The notes under the pieces were generated by a model that was given only the letters and a program-made list of their open reading frames with translations, was not told where the DNA came from and made no database searches. From Malacoraja senta (taxonomy: Eukaryota), in the NCBI GenBank assembly GCA_038087875.1, contig CM075983.1, positions 22,444,001-22,508,000 of the forward strand: DNA of 64,000 nt, read 5' to 3'. A program made the translations under genes and the position numbers. This document shows, piece by piece, positions 62,489 through 64,000 of the stretch (its first letter is position 1; the number at the start of each line of letters is the position of its first letter).

Positions 62489-63469
62489 CTTCTGTCTCAT
62501 GGACCTTTTTTTCTATCAAAATGCTGACCACCAACTTCACATCTTTGCCTGTTGAATGATTTTCTTGATCATTTTCTCTCCTCATGTTCTGGTCGTTGGG
62601 TCCTTCAAATCTATCATTGTTGTCCCTCTTCACAAACACCTCTCCTTGATTCCTATTTGCTGCAAACTATCATTCCATTTCCAACCACATATTTCCATCT
62701 GCAAAAATCCTTAAAATATTGTGTAGCTTTTCAAATTCCTCATTGTCTTTCTCAGAATTCTTTTTTTTGCATTCCTTCATTCGTCTCCTCCACCTATTCC
62801 AACAATTCTACAATACTAAAACAGTTCTTATTGCCTCAAACGACATCCCTTAAGGCTTTGACATGAGCACCTGTCTTACCTTGGCCTTCTCAAATTCTCT
62901 GCAGACTTCAATGCATTTGATGACATTATTCTTCTCCAAAGAACTACCTCAGTTGTTCTGTTTAGTAGAACTGCAGTTGTCTAGTACCTTACCTATCCAA
63001 ACATAGCAAGTGAATCAACAATAATAATATCTCTTAGAAGGCTCTATTGTTGCTGTTGGGGAGCCGTGAAGATCAGTACAGGACCTTCAACTATTTATGT
63101 CATATAATAATAACTCGGATTAAAGCCAGTTCAAATAAACTTATTCCTAATGATTGACTGTGACTTTGCTCATATGTGTTTAGTACAGAGTGCACAAATG
63201 TGACCTCCCACAGAAACAAATCTTTATGGGCACATTTTCACATAACTGGAGAAACAGCTAAAAGTTTGAGACTTTAATAACTGTTTGAAATTAATTCAAT
63301 ATGCGATTCAGTTTTGATGTTAGCAGAAGTTAAGTTGTTAAAAAAGTGGAAAAGAAAAGTCAACTTTCTCCTCATCCCCCGGTGCTTATATTTTTTTATC
63401 TGCAAGGTGTCAAATTGAAAATGTAGTGTCGCAATGGTTGGACACATACATCTTTTACGGGCTTTACTT

Positions 63470-63640
63470 GGTCATCCGATGCCAGCCCTGATTTGCTCTG
63501 GCCTTTTCTTACCTCCAGTTCCCTCTCCACTACTTTCAGTCTGGAGAAAGGTTCCGACCCAAAACGTCACCCATCCCTTTTCTCCAGAGTTGTTGCCTGA
63601 CTGACCTGCTAAGATACTCCAGCACTTTCTGTCTATCTTT
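63470..63640 (+). mobile_element. Penelope 3' tail fragment
   Basis: cagtctggagaaaggttccgacccaaaacgtcacc..actccagcacttt. Confidence 0.7.
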
Positions 63641-63971
63641 CTGCATCTTTTATTACTTTAATTTAGTTAATCATTTTGCTTATATACATGTGTTTGAGTA
63701 TGATTCAAATATTAAATATTAGCCACACATACATCACTGGTAAATGAGAAAAAAAGACATTTTCTAATAACAGTAAAAACATGTATAAAATTTACAGTGT
63801 GTTTTATACGACAAAACTAATTCGAGTTCAGTTAAAATGGTAATTAAATTCCTAAAACGTAGCAATTAAATGATAACTATGTTTATAAAGCATGCAAAAT
63901 ATGCACTTTATAAGAATTATCTAAACAGAATATCAACCAATTCAAGTTATAATCTTTTTTTGTCACTACAG

Positions 63972-64000
63972 CAGTAGCAACAGCGGAGCTATTTGACATG
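63972..64000 (+). other. Candidate exon start with ATG at the window edge
   Basis: Polypyrimidine tract atctttttttgtcacta followed by CAG; the exon reads cagtagcaacagcggagctatttgacATG (G at -3). Confidence 0.45.

Overview
Vertebrate genomic DNA, almost certainly from a cartilaginous fish (skate/ray or shark). This is inferred from abundant HE1-type V-SINEs, CR1/HER1 LINE fragments, Deu-domain (SacSINE-like) SINEs and Penelope elements. No intact cellular protein-coding exon can be named. The host layout appears to be a CpG-island promoter with a non-coding first exon (~23.5-23.7 kb, +), then a repeat-filled intron of about 40 kb, with a candidate ATG-containing exon starting at the last 29 bases. 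Larger mobile elements: a Rex1/Babar LINE with a nested Tx1 3' end (12.6-14.85 kb), a pol/env-less endogenous retrovirus (15414-20197), a Penelope GIY-YIG element with inverted pLTRs (33.8-34.8 kb), and a long decayed CR1 carrying nested Helitrons (58.7-61.85 kb). There is also a tRNA-Ala(CGC) pseudogene. Two observations stand out. (1) A 135-bp, TSD-flanked retroposon (48452-48586, minus) whose first 54 nt fold by hand into a minimal HDV-like self-cleaving ribozyme, with the element's 5' end exactly at the predicted cleavage site. (2) An ERV in which the position normally holding pro-pol is occupied by an in-frame, post-stop zinc-knuckle ORF, followed by candidate spliced accessory ORFs. All family names come from recognising motifs by eye; no searches were run, and boundaries of old repeats are approximate.
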